Positions 17,779-26,576 of a stretch of DNA of 39,404 nt are shown here, one piece after another. The notes under the pieces were generated by a model that was not told the origin of the DNA, did not search any database, and worked only from the letters and a program-made list of their open reading frames with translations. Each line of letters begins with the position of its first letter. The first letter of the stretch is position 1. Origin of the DNA: a virus (taxonomy: Duplodnaviria; Caudoviricetes); IMG/VR virus record IMGVR_UViG_3300032295_002394, positions 1 to 39,404 of that record. One strand, given 5' to 3'. The translations under genes and the position numbers were made by a program.

Positions 17779-18339
17779 TTATTTTTTCTTATTCATATTA
17801 ACCACAACTACATCTGACCTAACCCAACGTAAAGACGGGTCGTTAGGTTTCATCATATCCCAACTGAAATTCTTTTTAATTTCAAATAGTTGATTTGAGT
17901 TTTCTTCATTAACTGCAAACCATATTTTTTTATCATCTCCTAATTTAGCCGTAACTACTTTTCCTATGAATGACTTTTTGTTAGGTATTGTACCTGCTAT
18001 ATTGTTAATAATACCATTATTAACTCCCGCACCCATTCTAACTTTTACATTGTCGGTTAAAGTGTAAAATTTTCGACCTATGTACTTTTCGTATTTTTTG
18101 TCATTTAAGGCTTGGTCTATACTTTTTTTATAATCATTAACAGATAATGTAAGACCCTCTCTAACTCCACCTGAATAAGTTGAGCCACTTGCATTTTCAA
18201 AATCAAAATCAACTTCCTCGTCATCAATTATTCCAACAGGTCTTGGTTTTTGTTTCTTTTTAGACAAAAAATAAACAGTTGCTAATCCTGCGACTACCAA
18301 ACCACCTATCAATACTATTTTTTTTGTTCTTGATTCCAT
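17779..18339 (-). CDS. N-anchored SH3b-like protein with FENASG motif in the linker
   Basis: Paralog of 11354-11911; DFDFENASGS lies between anchor and domain. Confidence 0.65.
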   Translation of the reverse strand: MESRTKKIVLIGGLVVAGLATVYFLSKKKQKPRPVGIIDDEEVDFDFENASGSTYSGGVREGLTLSVNDYKKSIDQALNDKKYEKYIGRKFYTLTDNVKVRMGAGVNNGIINNIAGTIPNKKSFIGKVVTAKLGDDKKIWFAVNEENSNQLFEIKKNFSWDMMKPNDPSLRWVRSDVVVVNMNKKK

Positions 18340-18341
18340 TT

Positions 18342-18626
18342 TTATTCTGCTACAATTTCTACTTTTGGAGAACCGTCTTTATTTAAAACATCTCTTCCCC
18401 ATTTTCTTAACCAAATATTATCACTATCGGCGTGTAATTCATATCCGTTAAATGTTGAAATATCAACGCCTTTTTCAGTTGTAAAATTTTTGGTTGAGCC
18501 TCCTAAAGAAGCCTTTCCCGAACCATCTTTTCTAATTACAACCTTTGCCTTTGGCGGTATTAAAAAAAAGACTAATCCCGTTAAAGCAACAACGCCTCCA
18601 ATAATCAATACTTTTTTATTAGCCAT
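18342..18626 (-). CDS. N-anchored membrane protein
   Basis: TM VLIIGGVVALTGLVFFLI, followed by a short beta-rich domain. Confidence 0.7.
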   Translation of the reverse strand: MANKKVLIIGGVVALTGLVFFLIPPKAKVVIRKDGSGKASLGGSTKNFTTEKGVDISTFNGYELHADSDNIWLRKWGRDVLNKDGSPKVEIVAE

Positions 18627-18637
18627 AGGTCAAAAAT

Positions 18638-19177
18638 TTATTCTTTACTTAAAAGATAACCCAATACGAAAGCAATCGCTATCATTATTTTTGTGTTATC
18701 TGCGTTTCTTTGTTTAATTTCCTCTTTTGATTCCGTAACTATGGGTTCAGCAGGTTTTGTTTTAGAAAGATTGTTTTGGTCTGCAAAAAAATTACCCGAA
18801 TCAGTTTCGATAACTTTTACTTTACTCATAGCCATATCTTTTATGAAAGTACCAACTTTAACTAATTCGCCTTTTTTAAACTGTTTTACGACAGGAGGCA
18901 AACCCGTAAAAGGTTGATTAGGATTGTAAGCATCTCCTTGAAAACGTACTAACTGTGAATTAAAATCTGACGTAACATAATATTCTCCGTCAGGAAATTT
19001 TGAATCTAATAGGTCTTGACGATAATCTAATAAAGTTTGCGCCAATACTTCACTTCTAACTTGTTCAAATGAACCGTTTTTTAAATTTTGTTCAGCCAAA
19101 ATTTTCTTTTGTTCAGCCAACTGAACTGTTTCCTCAAAATTTTGCTTATCTATTTTTACTCCTCCAAAACTTCCCAT
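18638..19177 (-). CDS. C-anchored SH3-like (family C) protein
   Basis: YYVTSDF..QFKKGELVKV; TM IMIAIAFVLGYLL. Confidence 0.6.
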   Translation of the reverse strand: MGSFGGVKIDKQNFEETVQLAEQKKILAEQNLKNGSFEQVRSEVLAQTLLDYRQDLLDSKFPDGEYYVTSDFNSQLVRFQGDAYNPNQPFTGLPPVVKQFKKGELVKVGTFIKDMAMSKVKVIETDSGNFFADQNNLSKTKPAEPIVTESKEEIKQRNADNTKIMIAIAFVLGYLLSKE

Positions 19178-19179
19178 AA

Positions 19180-19905
19180 TTATTCAGTTTTATTTTTTTT
19201 AAATATTGCGTAACCAACTAAAATAGCAAGAACGCCAAACATCACATATTTTAAATTATCAGGTTTTTCAGCAGGTGGAACTATATTTTGAACTGTATAA
19301 TCAGGTTTATTTAAACCCTCTCCTGAACTTCCGTTTGCGCTTAATAAGTCATCTGAAGTATCGTAAGGTAAATTATTTAAAGATGTATATAACTTTTTAG
19401 TTTCTTCAGCAGACATTGTATATCCTTTTTTGTAATGCTTTAAAACTCTTTTCAAAGTGCTTAAAGGATTTACAATGGTATTAATTACCAATTTTCTATC
19501 CTGTAAGTCTTTAAGAGTATTATTACCATAATACAAGTCGTTACCATCAGTAGCCAACATTGATATTGTAAAATCAAATCGGGCAATAGTGTCCATTGGA
19601 TTTTTAGCAAATATTTTTACTAAATCGTAAGTATTGCCTTTGTATGAAACTTTCATTCCATTATCGCTTTCCCAAATAGTTTTTGCGCCTTTAGACTGCA
19701 AATATTTTTTTGCTTTATCAAATTCCGTAATGTTTGGAAAGAAAATATCACAATCAGACTTTAAGGGTTTTTCCGTGAAATAATCTCTTAAAACACCTCC
19801 TGCAATCCAACAGTTAATTCCGTTCTTTTTTAATTCTTGTAGAATTAAATTATTGAAGTAAACAAGGGTCAAAGTTTTATTTACATTTATAGTTTTATTT
19901 GCCAT
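19180..19905 (-). CDS. CCA-adding/poly(A)-polymerase-type (class II) nucleotidyltransferase head domain with C-terminal TM anchor
   Basis: WIAGGVLRDYF..SDCDIFF (DxD) and IARFDFTISMLA (RRDFTIN-like) motifs; C-terminal YVMFGVLAILVGYAIFKK. Confidence 0.8.
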   Translation of the reverse strand: MANKTINVNKTLTLVYFNNLILQELKKNGINCWIAGGVLRDYFTEKPLKSDCDIFFPNITEFDKAKKYLQSKGAKTIWESDNGMKVSYKGNTYDLVKIFAKNPMDTIARFDFTISMLATDGNDLYYGNNTLKDLQDRKLVINTIVNPLSTLKRVLKHYKKGYTMSAEETKKLYTSLNNLPYDTSDDLLSANGSSGEGLNKPDYTVQNIVPPAEKPDNLKYVMFGVLAILVGYAIFKKNKTE

Positions 19906-19917
19906 AATTTTAATTTA

Positions 19918-21120
19918 TTAAGTAGTTGGTGTATCTTTTCCGAATAAAACGTAGCCTAATAAAAAAGCCCCTACAATCATCAAAATATTTTTGTTATTAT
20001 CTTTTGCAGGAACAACTACACCGTTATTTTTATTATTTCCTGAACCGCTATTTTCTTCAACAATTTTATACTCGTTCATTGGTAAAAAAGTCTTTCCATC
20101 AGTAGTGTAAAAAGAACCATCTGCGATGTAGCCTTTATAAGTTTCTCCTTTAACTGCTGAAACTCTACAAGGGTTGTATTCCATTGTTTGAATTAATCCC
20201 GTTTCATTACATTTACCTGTTTTTTTATCTACTAAAGAAACTATTGTTACAATAAATCTCGTCAAATAGTCTATTGGAATTTCAACAAAGCCTTGAGAAC
20301 CATAACCCTCTACTTTTAGAACATTTTGTTGAGTATCAGGTCTATTTGCACCTGCGTATCCACCGCTAAATCCTTGAATGTATTTGCTAAATAATCTACC
20401 CGAAACTTTTGTTCCTGATTTCAAAACAGAATATTGTTCCACCATACCACCTTTACACAATTCATTTGGAGGACAAACTCTTGGAATATATCCTGAAATA
20501 TAATTAAAATCTTTAGTCAATACAAAAGTTGCGTTTTGTTCAAGAGTAGTATCATATATAGGCTTTACAGTAATTACAGGTTGTGGCTTCATATTAGCCC
20601 CATATTGAATTCCTGTTGATACAGTAACCGCTAAATTATCATCAACTTTTCTTAAATAATCTTTAGGAACTGTAAATTCTTTTTGGTATTTTAAATCAAA
20701 ACTACCAAAAAAACCTTTAGGCGCATTAGCGTTAGACTCAACATAATTAGGGTTTTGGATAATTGCATTGTTTCCGTCAAAACGAAGCACGTTTACTATA
20801 TTTCCTTTTGAAAAAGTACCTACTTGTGGCTCTGAATTTACCTTTACAGTTTGCGGAAATAATACTGCCACATTTTTTAGCCCTCCTGTTCCATCGCCAT
20901 CAAAATTATAATTTGCATAAGTATTTCCCCCAACCATACTTGGTGGTAAAAATGTTGTCCAAAGACTCGGTATTTGATAATCATAAATAAATTCATACTT
21001 CCCTAATTTCTCAAGAACACCAATAGGGTTTTCCTGTACCATTGAAATACCCTTGATTGGACGAACCATTTCAATATTTCCAATCTCCTTTTCTAAAACT
21101 AAATCTTTATAATTTTGCAT
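19918..21120 (-). CDS. C-anchored protein with two to three SH3-like (family C) repeats
   Basis: KYEFIYDY..FSKGNIV..FTVPKDYL; FVLTKDF..LKSGTKV..VEIPIDYL; TM ILMIVGAFLLGYVLF. Confidence 0.6.
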   Translation of the reverse strand: MQNYKDLVLEKEIGNIEMVRPIKGISMVQENPIGVLEKLGKYEFIYDYQIPSLWTTFLPPSMVGGNTYANYNFDGDGTGGLKNVAVLFPQTVKVNSEPQVGTFSKGNIVNVLRFDGNNAIIQNPNYVESNANAPKGFFGSFDLKYQKEFTVPKDYLRKVDDNLAVTVSTGIQYGANMKPQPVITVKPIYDTTLEQNATFVLTKDFNYISGYIPRVCPPNELCKGGMVEQYSVLKSGTKVSGRLFSKYIQGFSGGYAGANRPDTQQNVLKVEGYGSQGFVEIPIDYLTRFIVTIVSLVDKKTGKCNETGLIQTMEYNPCRVSAVKGETYKGYIADGSFYTTDGKTFLPMNEYKIVEENSGSGNNKNNGVVVPAKDNNKNILMIVGAFLLGYVLFGKDTPTT

Positions 21121-21131
21121 AGCCTTTTTTT

Positions 21132-21917
21132 TTACCTGAATACTATATTATTTTTCTCAAAGTTGTCGATAAAGTTTTTAATCTTATCGTAACGTCTTTT
21201 ATTTTCCTGACTTGGGTAATGTTCAAAAACCTCTAAAAAGGCTTCACAAGCCTCAATTCTTGGATAACCAAGTCCTAAATAAATCAATAATCCATTTATG
21301 TCAGCCTCGCTTTCATCAGTCATATCTTCGTTAACGTAGAAATGGCTAAATTCGTGGCAAAGAATCGCAAATCTCATAGGTATTGTGTATTCGTCAAACT
21401 GTTTCTTTGACACTTGAATACGACCCGTCATTCTTGATATTCTTGCAGGTGTTGTAAGTTCTTTTCCTTTTGAATCAACTATTGTTGGCAACAATTCAAT
21501 CATAAAACTTCCGTTATCTGACTGATATGATTTATTTGCTTGTAAATAAGGCGCATTAAAACAAAATCTCTGCGCAAAATCAACAAAATGTGCTATTGTT
21601 GGGTTGTGAATGTCAACCACATCTATTCTTTTTTGTAAAGGTGTTTTGTCAACCGAAACAACTTTTACGTTTTTTTCTTGTTCTTGAGGAGTGTTCCCCT
21701 TTCTATCATCATAAACAGAAACTATTATGCTTTTAGAAGTAATTGGCATACGAACATAAAAAGTGTAATCAGAATTTACGGTCTTGTATCTGTTGGTAAA
21801 AACGATTTTTGGTTTTTGCTCGTCAAAAATTTTAATTCTGACTTTAGTAGGCATTGTAACTGCTACTTTTACCACCAAGCACATTTCTTCGTATCGTGTA
21901 TCTAACCTTAAATTCAT
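21132..21917 (-). CDS. Zinc metalloprotease (HExxH zincin, M48/M78-like); candidate virion maturation protease
   Basis: FAILCHEFSHF followed by ESEAD (third-ligand ExxAD pattern); no TM segment. Confidence 0.75.
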   Translation of the reverse strand: MNLRLDTRYEEMCLVVKVAVTMPTKVRIKIFDEQKPKIVFTNRYKTVNSDYTFYVRMPITSKSIIVSVYDDRKGNTPQEQEKNVKVVSVDKTPLQKRIDVVDIHNPTIAHFVDFAQRFCFNAPYLQANKSYQSDNGSFMIELLPTIVDSKGKELTTPARISRMTGRIQVSKKQFDEYTIPMRFAILCHEFSHFYVNEDMTDESEADINGLLIYLGLGYPRIEACEAFLEVFEHYPSQENKRRYDKIKNFIDNFEKNNIVFR

Positions 21918-21918
21918 A

Positions 21919-22254
21919 CTACTTTCTTTTTTGGTAAATTTTATATCCTATTGCACCAATTATAATCAATCCTGATAATAATAGAACTGTCTTGTTCAAA
22001 CCTAAAAATGTATTATCTTTTTTCTTTGTGTCATCAATTGGTAAATCAATACCTAAATTAATTCTATTTTGCTTTTTTATTTGCTCAATCCAAGTATTGT
22101 CATCAATTTCTCCATTTTCATCAGCAAAATTTTCAAACTTTTTATTTGTTAAAAATGCACCTTTGTCTTTTTCTCTTTGAATCCAATCGGCGAAACTTAA
22201 CGAAGTCCCGCTTTCTCTCCAAATTTTATTTGGACTTTTCTGTTTACTTTCCAT
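21919..22254 (-). CDS. C-anchored membrane protein
   Basis: SFADWIQREK helix, KFENFAD motif variant, TM VLLLSGLIIIGAIGY. Confidence 0.7.
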   Translation of the reverse strand: MESKQKSPNKIWRESGTSLSFADWIQREKDKGAFLTNKKFENFADENGEIDDNTWIEQIKKQNRINLGIDLPIDDTKKKDNTFLGLNKTVLLLSGLIIIGAIGYKIYQKRK

Positions 22255-22257
22255 AGT

Positions 22258-22410
22258 CTATTTTGTTGTTGTTGTTGTTGGAGAAGTTTTACCGTCTTTT
22301 ATTTCGTTATCAACTTCTAATCTTGGTTTTAAGAACCCCTTATAAAGATAAACTAATAGCCCTACTGAAGCCCCTAACATAACGATTCCTATAATTTTTT
22401 TAGTTTGCAT
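22258..22410 (-). CDS. 50-aa N-anchored membrane protein (not in ORF track)
   Basis: Hand translation MQTKKIIGIVMLGASVGLLVYLYKGFLKPRLEVDNEIKDGKTSPTTTTK; fills the gap. Confidence 0.7.
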   Translation of the reverse strand: MQTKKIIGIVMLGASVGLLVYLYKGFLKPRLEVDNEIKDGKTSPTTTTTK

Positions 22411-22422
22411 AAGGTTTTATAT

Positions 22423-22734
22423 TTATGATTCGTAGGTAATTTCTTCAAATCCCTGATAAGGTCTAACATTATTTGTTTCAGTTTGGACTTGTGAACCAAT
22501 TAAAGGCTCAACAATTTGACTTATCTTGTCTTTAATTGTTTTTACAGGCTTAATACCACCTGTATTATCCAAAGAATCAGCAATTGCCTGTGAAACAGGT
22601 ACATCATCTACAAAAGTTCCCGATGTAGAAGAACTTAAAGTGCTATTTGTAGTTGCTGACTTTTTCTTCCAAGCAAAATAAGCAAGTAATCCCCCTGCTA
22701 TTAGCAATCCGTAAATCATTGTATTTTTACTCAT
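22423..22734 (-). CDS. N-anchored membrane protein
   Basis: TM MIYGLLIAGGLLAYFAW followed by KKK. Confidence 0.7.
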   Translation of the reverse strand: MSKNTMIYGLLIAGGLLAYFAWKKKSATTNSTLSSSTSGTFVDDVPVSQAIADSLDNTGGIKPVKTIKDKISQIVEPLIGSQVQTETNNVRPYQGFEEITYES

Positions 22735-22744
22735 AATTTATTTT

Positions 22745-22924
22745 TTAAAAGCAAGGCGGTTGAATACACCCTATATTACCCATTGTTCCTCCTGAAAACA
22801 TCGGCGGAACTTCTTTAAATTTGTCTTTATTCTTTTTAACGTAATTATCGTGCATAATGTAAGAAGCATAAATAATGCCCGTAGATACTACTAATAATGC
22901 CCCTACTTTTATAACTTTTTGCAT
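22745..22924 (-). CDS. 59-aa N-anchored membrane protein ending CIQPPCF (not in ORF track)
   Basis: Hand translation MQKVIKVGALLVVSTGIIYASYIMH..GNIGCIQPPCF. Confidence 0.7.
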   Translation of the reverse strand: MQKVIKVGALLVVSTGIIYASYIMHDNYVKKNKDKFKEVPPMFSGGTMGNIGCIQPPCF

Positions 22925-22927
22925 ACA

Positions 22928-23335
22928 TTAAAGTTTTTTGATACCATATATCCAAACAACCGCTAATATAAGAATTGTTGGAACAATAAACATCATTTTT
23001 ACTCTTTTTTCTTCAGCATCAATTATCGCTTGTTTTTTTGCTTTGTTTACTTCAGGGTCGCCTTGAATTATGTCTGTTATTGGAGTTGAATCATCAACTT
23101 TTTCCAAAACAATCAAAGGGACTTCAAAAGGTGTCATTTTAGCCGACCCAATTATTTTAGTTGGGTCGGTAAAATTTGTATTTACAACTGCTTCAAAAAC
23201 ATTTCCCCTTTTAAACACTAAATCCTCGTAAGATTTACAAGGTGTTTTATTAGTATAAGACTCTATGTAATTAGTACATAACTTTGCAGTAAAGTCTTGC
23301 TTAAATTTATATTTAGGGTGCGGAATTGAAACCAT
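22928..23335 (-). CDS. C-anchored SH3-like (family C) protein
   Basis: KYKFKQDF..VFKRGNVF..FEVPLIVLEKVDDST; C-terminal TM. Confidence 0.65.
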   Translation of the reverse strand: MVSIPHPKYKFKQDFTAKLCTNYIESYTNKTPCKSYEDLVFKRGNVFEAVVNTNFTDPTKIIGSAKMTPFEVPLIVLEKVDDSTPITDIIQGDPEVNKAKKQAIIDAEEKRVKMMFIVPTILILAVVWIYGIKKL

Positions 23336-23341
23336 TTTTAC

Positions 23342-23476
23342 CTACACAGTTTGGCTTTTCTTCCAAGCACGACCAACAAGATAAACTAATCCAAAAACCA
23401 TAACCGCTGATAATCCAATATAGATTAAATCGCTTGTACCACTTGGCTTTTTATTTTCGTCATAAAACTCTCCCAT
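23342..23476 (-). CDS. 44-aa membrane protein (not in ORF track)
   Basis: MGEFYDENKKPSGTSDLIYIGLSAVMVFGLVYLVGRAWKKSQTV; tail resembles 24686-24796. Confidence 0.7.
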   Translation of the reverse strand: MGEFYDENKKPSGTSDLIYIGLSAVMVFGLVYLVGRAWKKSQTV

Positions 23477-23510
23477 TTTTTCTAATTTTAAATGTTAATA
23501 AATTTTCTTA

Positions 23511-23636
23511 TTATCTATAATAAGAACCGCTCATTCCGTAAAAACCTTGCGAGTTCTTTTTTGGCTTATTGTAATAAGCAATAATTGCTAATACACCTAC
23601 AATTGCCAATCCTCCGATGATATACTTTTTTTCCAT
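23511..23636 (-). CDS. 41-aa member of the KPKxNSxGFF leader family D (not in ORF track)
   Basis: MEKKYIIGGLAIVGVLAIIAYYNKPKKNSQGFYGMSGSYYR. Confidence 0.8.
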   Translation of the reverse strand: MEKKYIIGGLAIVGVLAIIAYYNKPKKNSQGFYGMSGSYYR

Positions 23637-23683
23637 TTTTTTAAAATTTTAGTATTTATAATTATTTTTAAGTTTAAATTTTA

Positions 23684-23941
23684 TTATGCGTATTGAGTGA
23701 TACATCTGTCGCCACTATCACACTTTCTGTCTGAACCTGTATGATAACTTTCTCCGTCAGAATCTCTACACCAAGCACATTTTCCTTTAGATACTTGCGC
23801 TCTACTGCTTAAAGAAGTTGATTTTCCACTTGCGCCAAAGAATCCGTCTGAATTTCTTTTAGCCGTTTTTGGTTTTAAATAAGCAAATAATGCTATCGCA
23901 CCTACAATTGCTAAACCTCCGATGATATACTTTTTTTCCAT
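23684..23941 (-). CDS. Family D: TM leader, NSDGFFGASG, 4-Cys tail
   Basis: Conserved leader followed by a variable Cys-containing C-terminus. Confidence 0.8.
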   Translation of the reverse strand: MEKKYIIGGLAIVGAIALFAYLKPKTAKRNSDGFFGASGKSTSLSSRAQVSKGKCAWCRDSDGESYHTGSDRKCDSGDRCITQYA

Positions 23942-23953
23942 TTTTTTTAATTT

Positions 23954-24193
23954 TTAAACGTACCCGATTGCTTGTTCATTACTATATACGCAATTTGTAT
24001 AACCTGATGGTTGTAAATAATAACTACCGTCTTTTCTTCTACATTGTAATTGAGTTTTTGAAGCCAAACTTCTTTTTCCACTTGCACCGAAGAATCCCTC
24101 TGAATTCTTTTTAGCCGTTTTTGGTTTTAAATAAGCAAATAATGCTATTGCGCCTACTATTGCCAAACCTCCGATGATATACTTTTTTTCCAT
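23954..24193 (-). CDS. Family D: TM leader, NSEGFFGASG, 2-Cys tail
   Basis: Leader nearly identical to 23684-23941. Confidence 0.8.
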   Translation of the reverse strand: MEKKYIIGGLAIVGAIALFAYLKPKTAKKNSEGFFGASGKRSLASKTQLQCRRKDGSYYLQPSGYTNCVYSNEQAIGYV

Positions 24194-24207
24194 TTTTTTT
24201 TTAATTA

Positions 24208-24666
24208 TTAATTACAAGGTTGACCTTTAAACCAAGCCTTTTTAAAATCTGCATTAGATATTATTGTTGGCGGGTTGTTAGTTTGAATAATAGTTCCCAT
24301 TGAATTATAGAAATTACCATTTGAAAAAGTGACAGTTGACATCGCTCCTGCACTTGCAAAAAGGCTAACTAAATCGAGTTGTAATCTATAAACAAATCCT
24401 TTTTTACCTGCAATCATATCGTATCTACCACAATAACTTTTCATTCCGTCATTTGTAAATACTTTTCTTGTAAATGTTGTAGGAATATTATTTTCGATAG
24501 GAAGAGAAATTTCAGAAATAGGAGCGGTTTGCAAACTACGAGTACCATTTGCACCGAAAAATCCCTCTGAATTTCTTTTTGGTTTTCTAAAATATGAAAT
24601 TAGTGCGATTACTCCAACAACGGCTAATCCACCAATAATAAACTTTTTGTCTTTTAAAATTTCCAT
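24208..24666 (-). CDS. Family D: TM leader, NSEGFFGANG, long tail
   Basis: Same leader with a ~110-aa passenger. Confidence 0.8.
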   Translation of the reverse strand: MEILKDKKFIIGGLAVVGVIALISYFRKPKRNSEGFFGANGTRSLQTAPISEISLPIENNIPTTFTRKVFTNDGMKSYCGRYDMIAGKKGFVYRLQLDLVSLFASAGAMSTVTFSNGNFYNSMGTIIQTNNPPTIISNADFKKAWFKGQPCN

Positions 24667-24685
24667 TATATTAATTTTTAATTAA

Positions 24686-24796
24686 TTATTTCTGACTTGC
24701 TTTCCAAGATTTTCCGATAATGTAAGTGTAGCCGTAAACAACTCCAAGAGAAACTACTAATCCGACTACTGCTAATAAAATATTTGGTTTTTTCAT
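24686..24796 (-). CDS. 36-aa membrane protein (not in ORF track)
   Basis: MKKPNILLAVVGLVVSLGVVYGYTYIIGKSWKASQK. Confidence 0.7.
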   Translation of the reverse strand: MKKPNILLAVVGLVVSLGVVYGYTYIIGKSWKASQK

Positions 24797-24808
24797 AATT
24801 TTTTAATT

Positions 24809-25783
24809 TTAAAAAGGTCTTGCACTTAATGCTATTTCATTCATTTTTGCGTTCCACATCAACTCACGTTCTTTTTCTGCTAATATATTTGACATTTCCA
24901 ATCCCGTTCCCGTTATTTTTGTTGTAGGCATAGCAGTCTTAATTCCTGAATATTCTCCAATTGAGATTTTATAATTCATAAAGAAATTACCTAAAGCACT
25001 CGTTAAAAGCATTTCAGAATCTTTTATACCGCTATTGTCAATCATATCAATAATTTCTTCTTGAGAATAAAAATCATTAGCCCTTGCTCTTGGGTCATTA
25101 TCCCCCATTAATGCCTGAATTATCAGTTTTGGTAAATATTTAACCGTTATATCTGCTTGTTCTTTAGTCAATGTTGAAAAATAATTTTTCAAATCACTAT
25201 AAACAGTAGCAAAGTCTGATTTCCAACGAGTATATGCCATTTTCGTAGCCTCAAATTGTCTATTAGCATCTGAAACCCTAATTTCTGATTGTTGAATTTC
25301 TACTATACCATAAGGGTTATTAGTCTGAATAGGCTGATTAGGCTGAATAGCACTTACTAAAGCACCCCAATTAAAACGTGCGCCTGAAGAAGCATTTGCG
25401 TTTTGAACAACAGAATTCATTTCTGTTTTCGGTGCATAAAATTTAAAACCAAGAATGGCATCGCCACCGACAGTTAGATTAGTATTATAAACTTTATTAT
25501 AATTGTCTATAAACTGATTCATTGTAAGAGGCGGATATTTAACCATAAGAGAGTTAACTTCTGCTATTGTTTTTGTAGCATAAACTGTTGCCTCTTTTGA
25601 AGTAACAATTGCTTTACCGTTAGGTTTGCTTTCTACCTCTAATTGTGATAGTATTGCAGATTGTGGTTGAGTGTTTTGTAATACTAATATTTGAGCATTT
25701 TCTTTATCTTTTTTATTTTTATTTAAAAGATAAAACCCTCCTAAAACTACTCCTCCAACTATTAATAATTTTGATGAATCCAT
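24809..25783 (-). CDS. N-anchored 324-aa membrane protein
   Basis: TM LLIVGGVVLGGFYLL; internal FNWGALVSAIQP. Confidence 0.75.
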   Translation of the reverse strand: MDSSKLLIVGGVVLGGFYLLNKNKKDKENAQILVLQNTQPQSAILSQLEVESKPNGKAIVTSKEATVYATKTIAEVNSLMVKYPPLTMNQFIDNYNKVYNTNLTVGGDAILGFKFYAPKTEMNSVVQNANASSGARFNWGALVSAIQPNQPIQTNNPYGIVEIQQSEIRVSDANRQFEATKMAYTRWKSDFATVYSDLKNYFSTLTKEQADITVKYLPKLIIQALMGDNDPRARANDFYSQEEIIDMIDNSGIKDSEMLLTSALGNFFMNYKISIGEYSGIKTAMPTTKITGTGLEMSNILAEKERELMWNAKMNEIALSARPF

Positions 25784-25789
25784 AATTAA

Positions 25790-26005
25790 TTATTTTTTAT
25801 TAACTATGATACTTGTCGCCACACCGCCAATAATAGCACCTATAAGACCTGTAACATAAATGTTTTTATTTTTCCAATAACCTAACATTAAACCCAAAAC
25901 AAGCCCTGTAACCGCACCATTAACTGACGCTTTTGTAGTTATTAAAAGAACTTCTCTTTTATCTTTACTTGCTATGTCTTTTGCTTGTGCTAAAAAATCT
26001 TGCAT
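25790..26005 (-). CDS. Small two-TM glycine-zipper membrane protein
   Basis: GAVTGLVLGLMLG and GLIGAIIGG GxxxG arrays. Confidence 0.75.
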   Translation of the reverse strand: MQDFLAQAKDIASKDKREVLLITTKASVNGAVTGLVLGLMLGYWKNKNIYVTGLIGAIIGGVATSIIVNKK

Positions 26006-26023
26006 AATGATAATTTTTTAAAT

Positions 26024-26326
26024 TTAATTTCTTCTCGATACCGCAAAAATTACAATTCCGAGTACGACAACACCGCCAACACCTAAACCTATGTAAAGAG
26101 GTAATTTGCTTTTTTCTTTAGGCGGTTCTTTACCTGCCTGTTGCATTGCCTGAATGTTTTTTGCGTTTTGTTGCGCTATCGCATATTGCGTATTAAGTGC
26201 ATCTTGTTGAGCATTTGCTTGACCTTTTGCATTTTGAACCGCTTGATTATTCATAATCAAACCTGCGCCAAGCCCTACAACAGAGGGTGCTATCGCAGTT
26301 ATTAATTTACCCCAATCCCAAGCCAT
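26024..26326 (-). CDS. Q/A-rich membrane protein with amphipathic N-terminus (DNA-delivery/pilot-like candidate)
   Basis: MAWDWGKLITAIAP, then a Q/A/N-rich coiled coil and a C-terminal TM. Confidence 0.55.
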   Translation of the reverse strand: MAWDWGKLITAIAPSVVGLGAGLIMNNQAVQNAKGQANAQQDALNTQYAIAQQNAKNIQAMQQAGKEPPKEKSKLPLYIGLGVGGVVVLGIVIFAVSRRN

Positions 26327-26336
26327 ATCTTTATAT

Positions 26337-26564
26337 TTAAAAGGTTAATGTAGTTACGATTTGTTCTAACCAAGAAGAATATTCTTGAGCAAAACTTGGG
26401 TTCTGATTTAAACCAAGAAAAACACCCTCTACCAATTGGTCAAGCGTGTAATCAGGTGCAGGTGCAAGTACGTTATTACGAACAAGCATATCTGCTACTT
26501 CATTTGGGTACATTCCAACGGAACTACCAATTATATTTGATAACATTTGTTCATCTATAACCAT
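26337..26564 (-). CDS. Small helical protein related to the N-domain of 26577-27254
   Basis: YPNEVADMLVRNNV..NPSFAQE versus YRSQMIALLLKNGV..SKSFAMD. Confidence 0.65.
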   Translation of the reverse strand: MVIDEQMLSNIIGSSVGMYPNEVADMLVRNNVLAPAPDYTLDQLVEGVFLGLNQNPSFAQEYSSWLEQIVTTLTF

Positions 26565-26576
26565 AACTGTCTTTTT

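Noticed and set aside
23511-24666. Family D as a RiPP/bacteriocin cluster
   Set aside because: No modification enzyme, C39 peptidase transporter or immunity gene is visible, and the leader is a TM helix like the neighbouring virion anchors.
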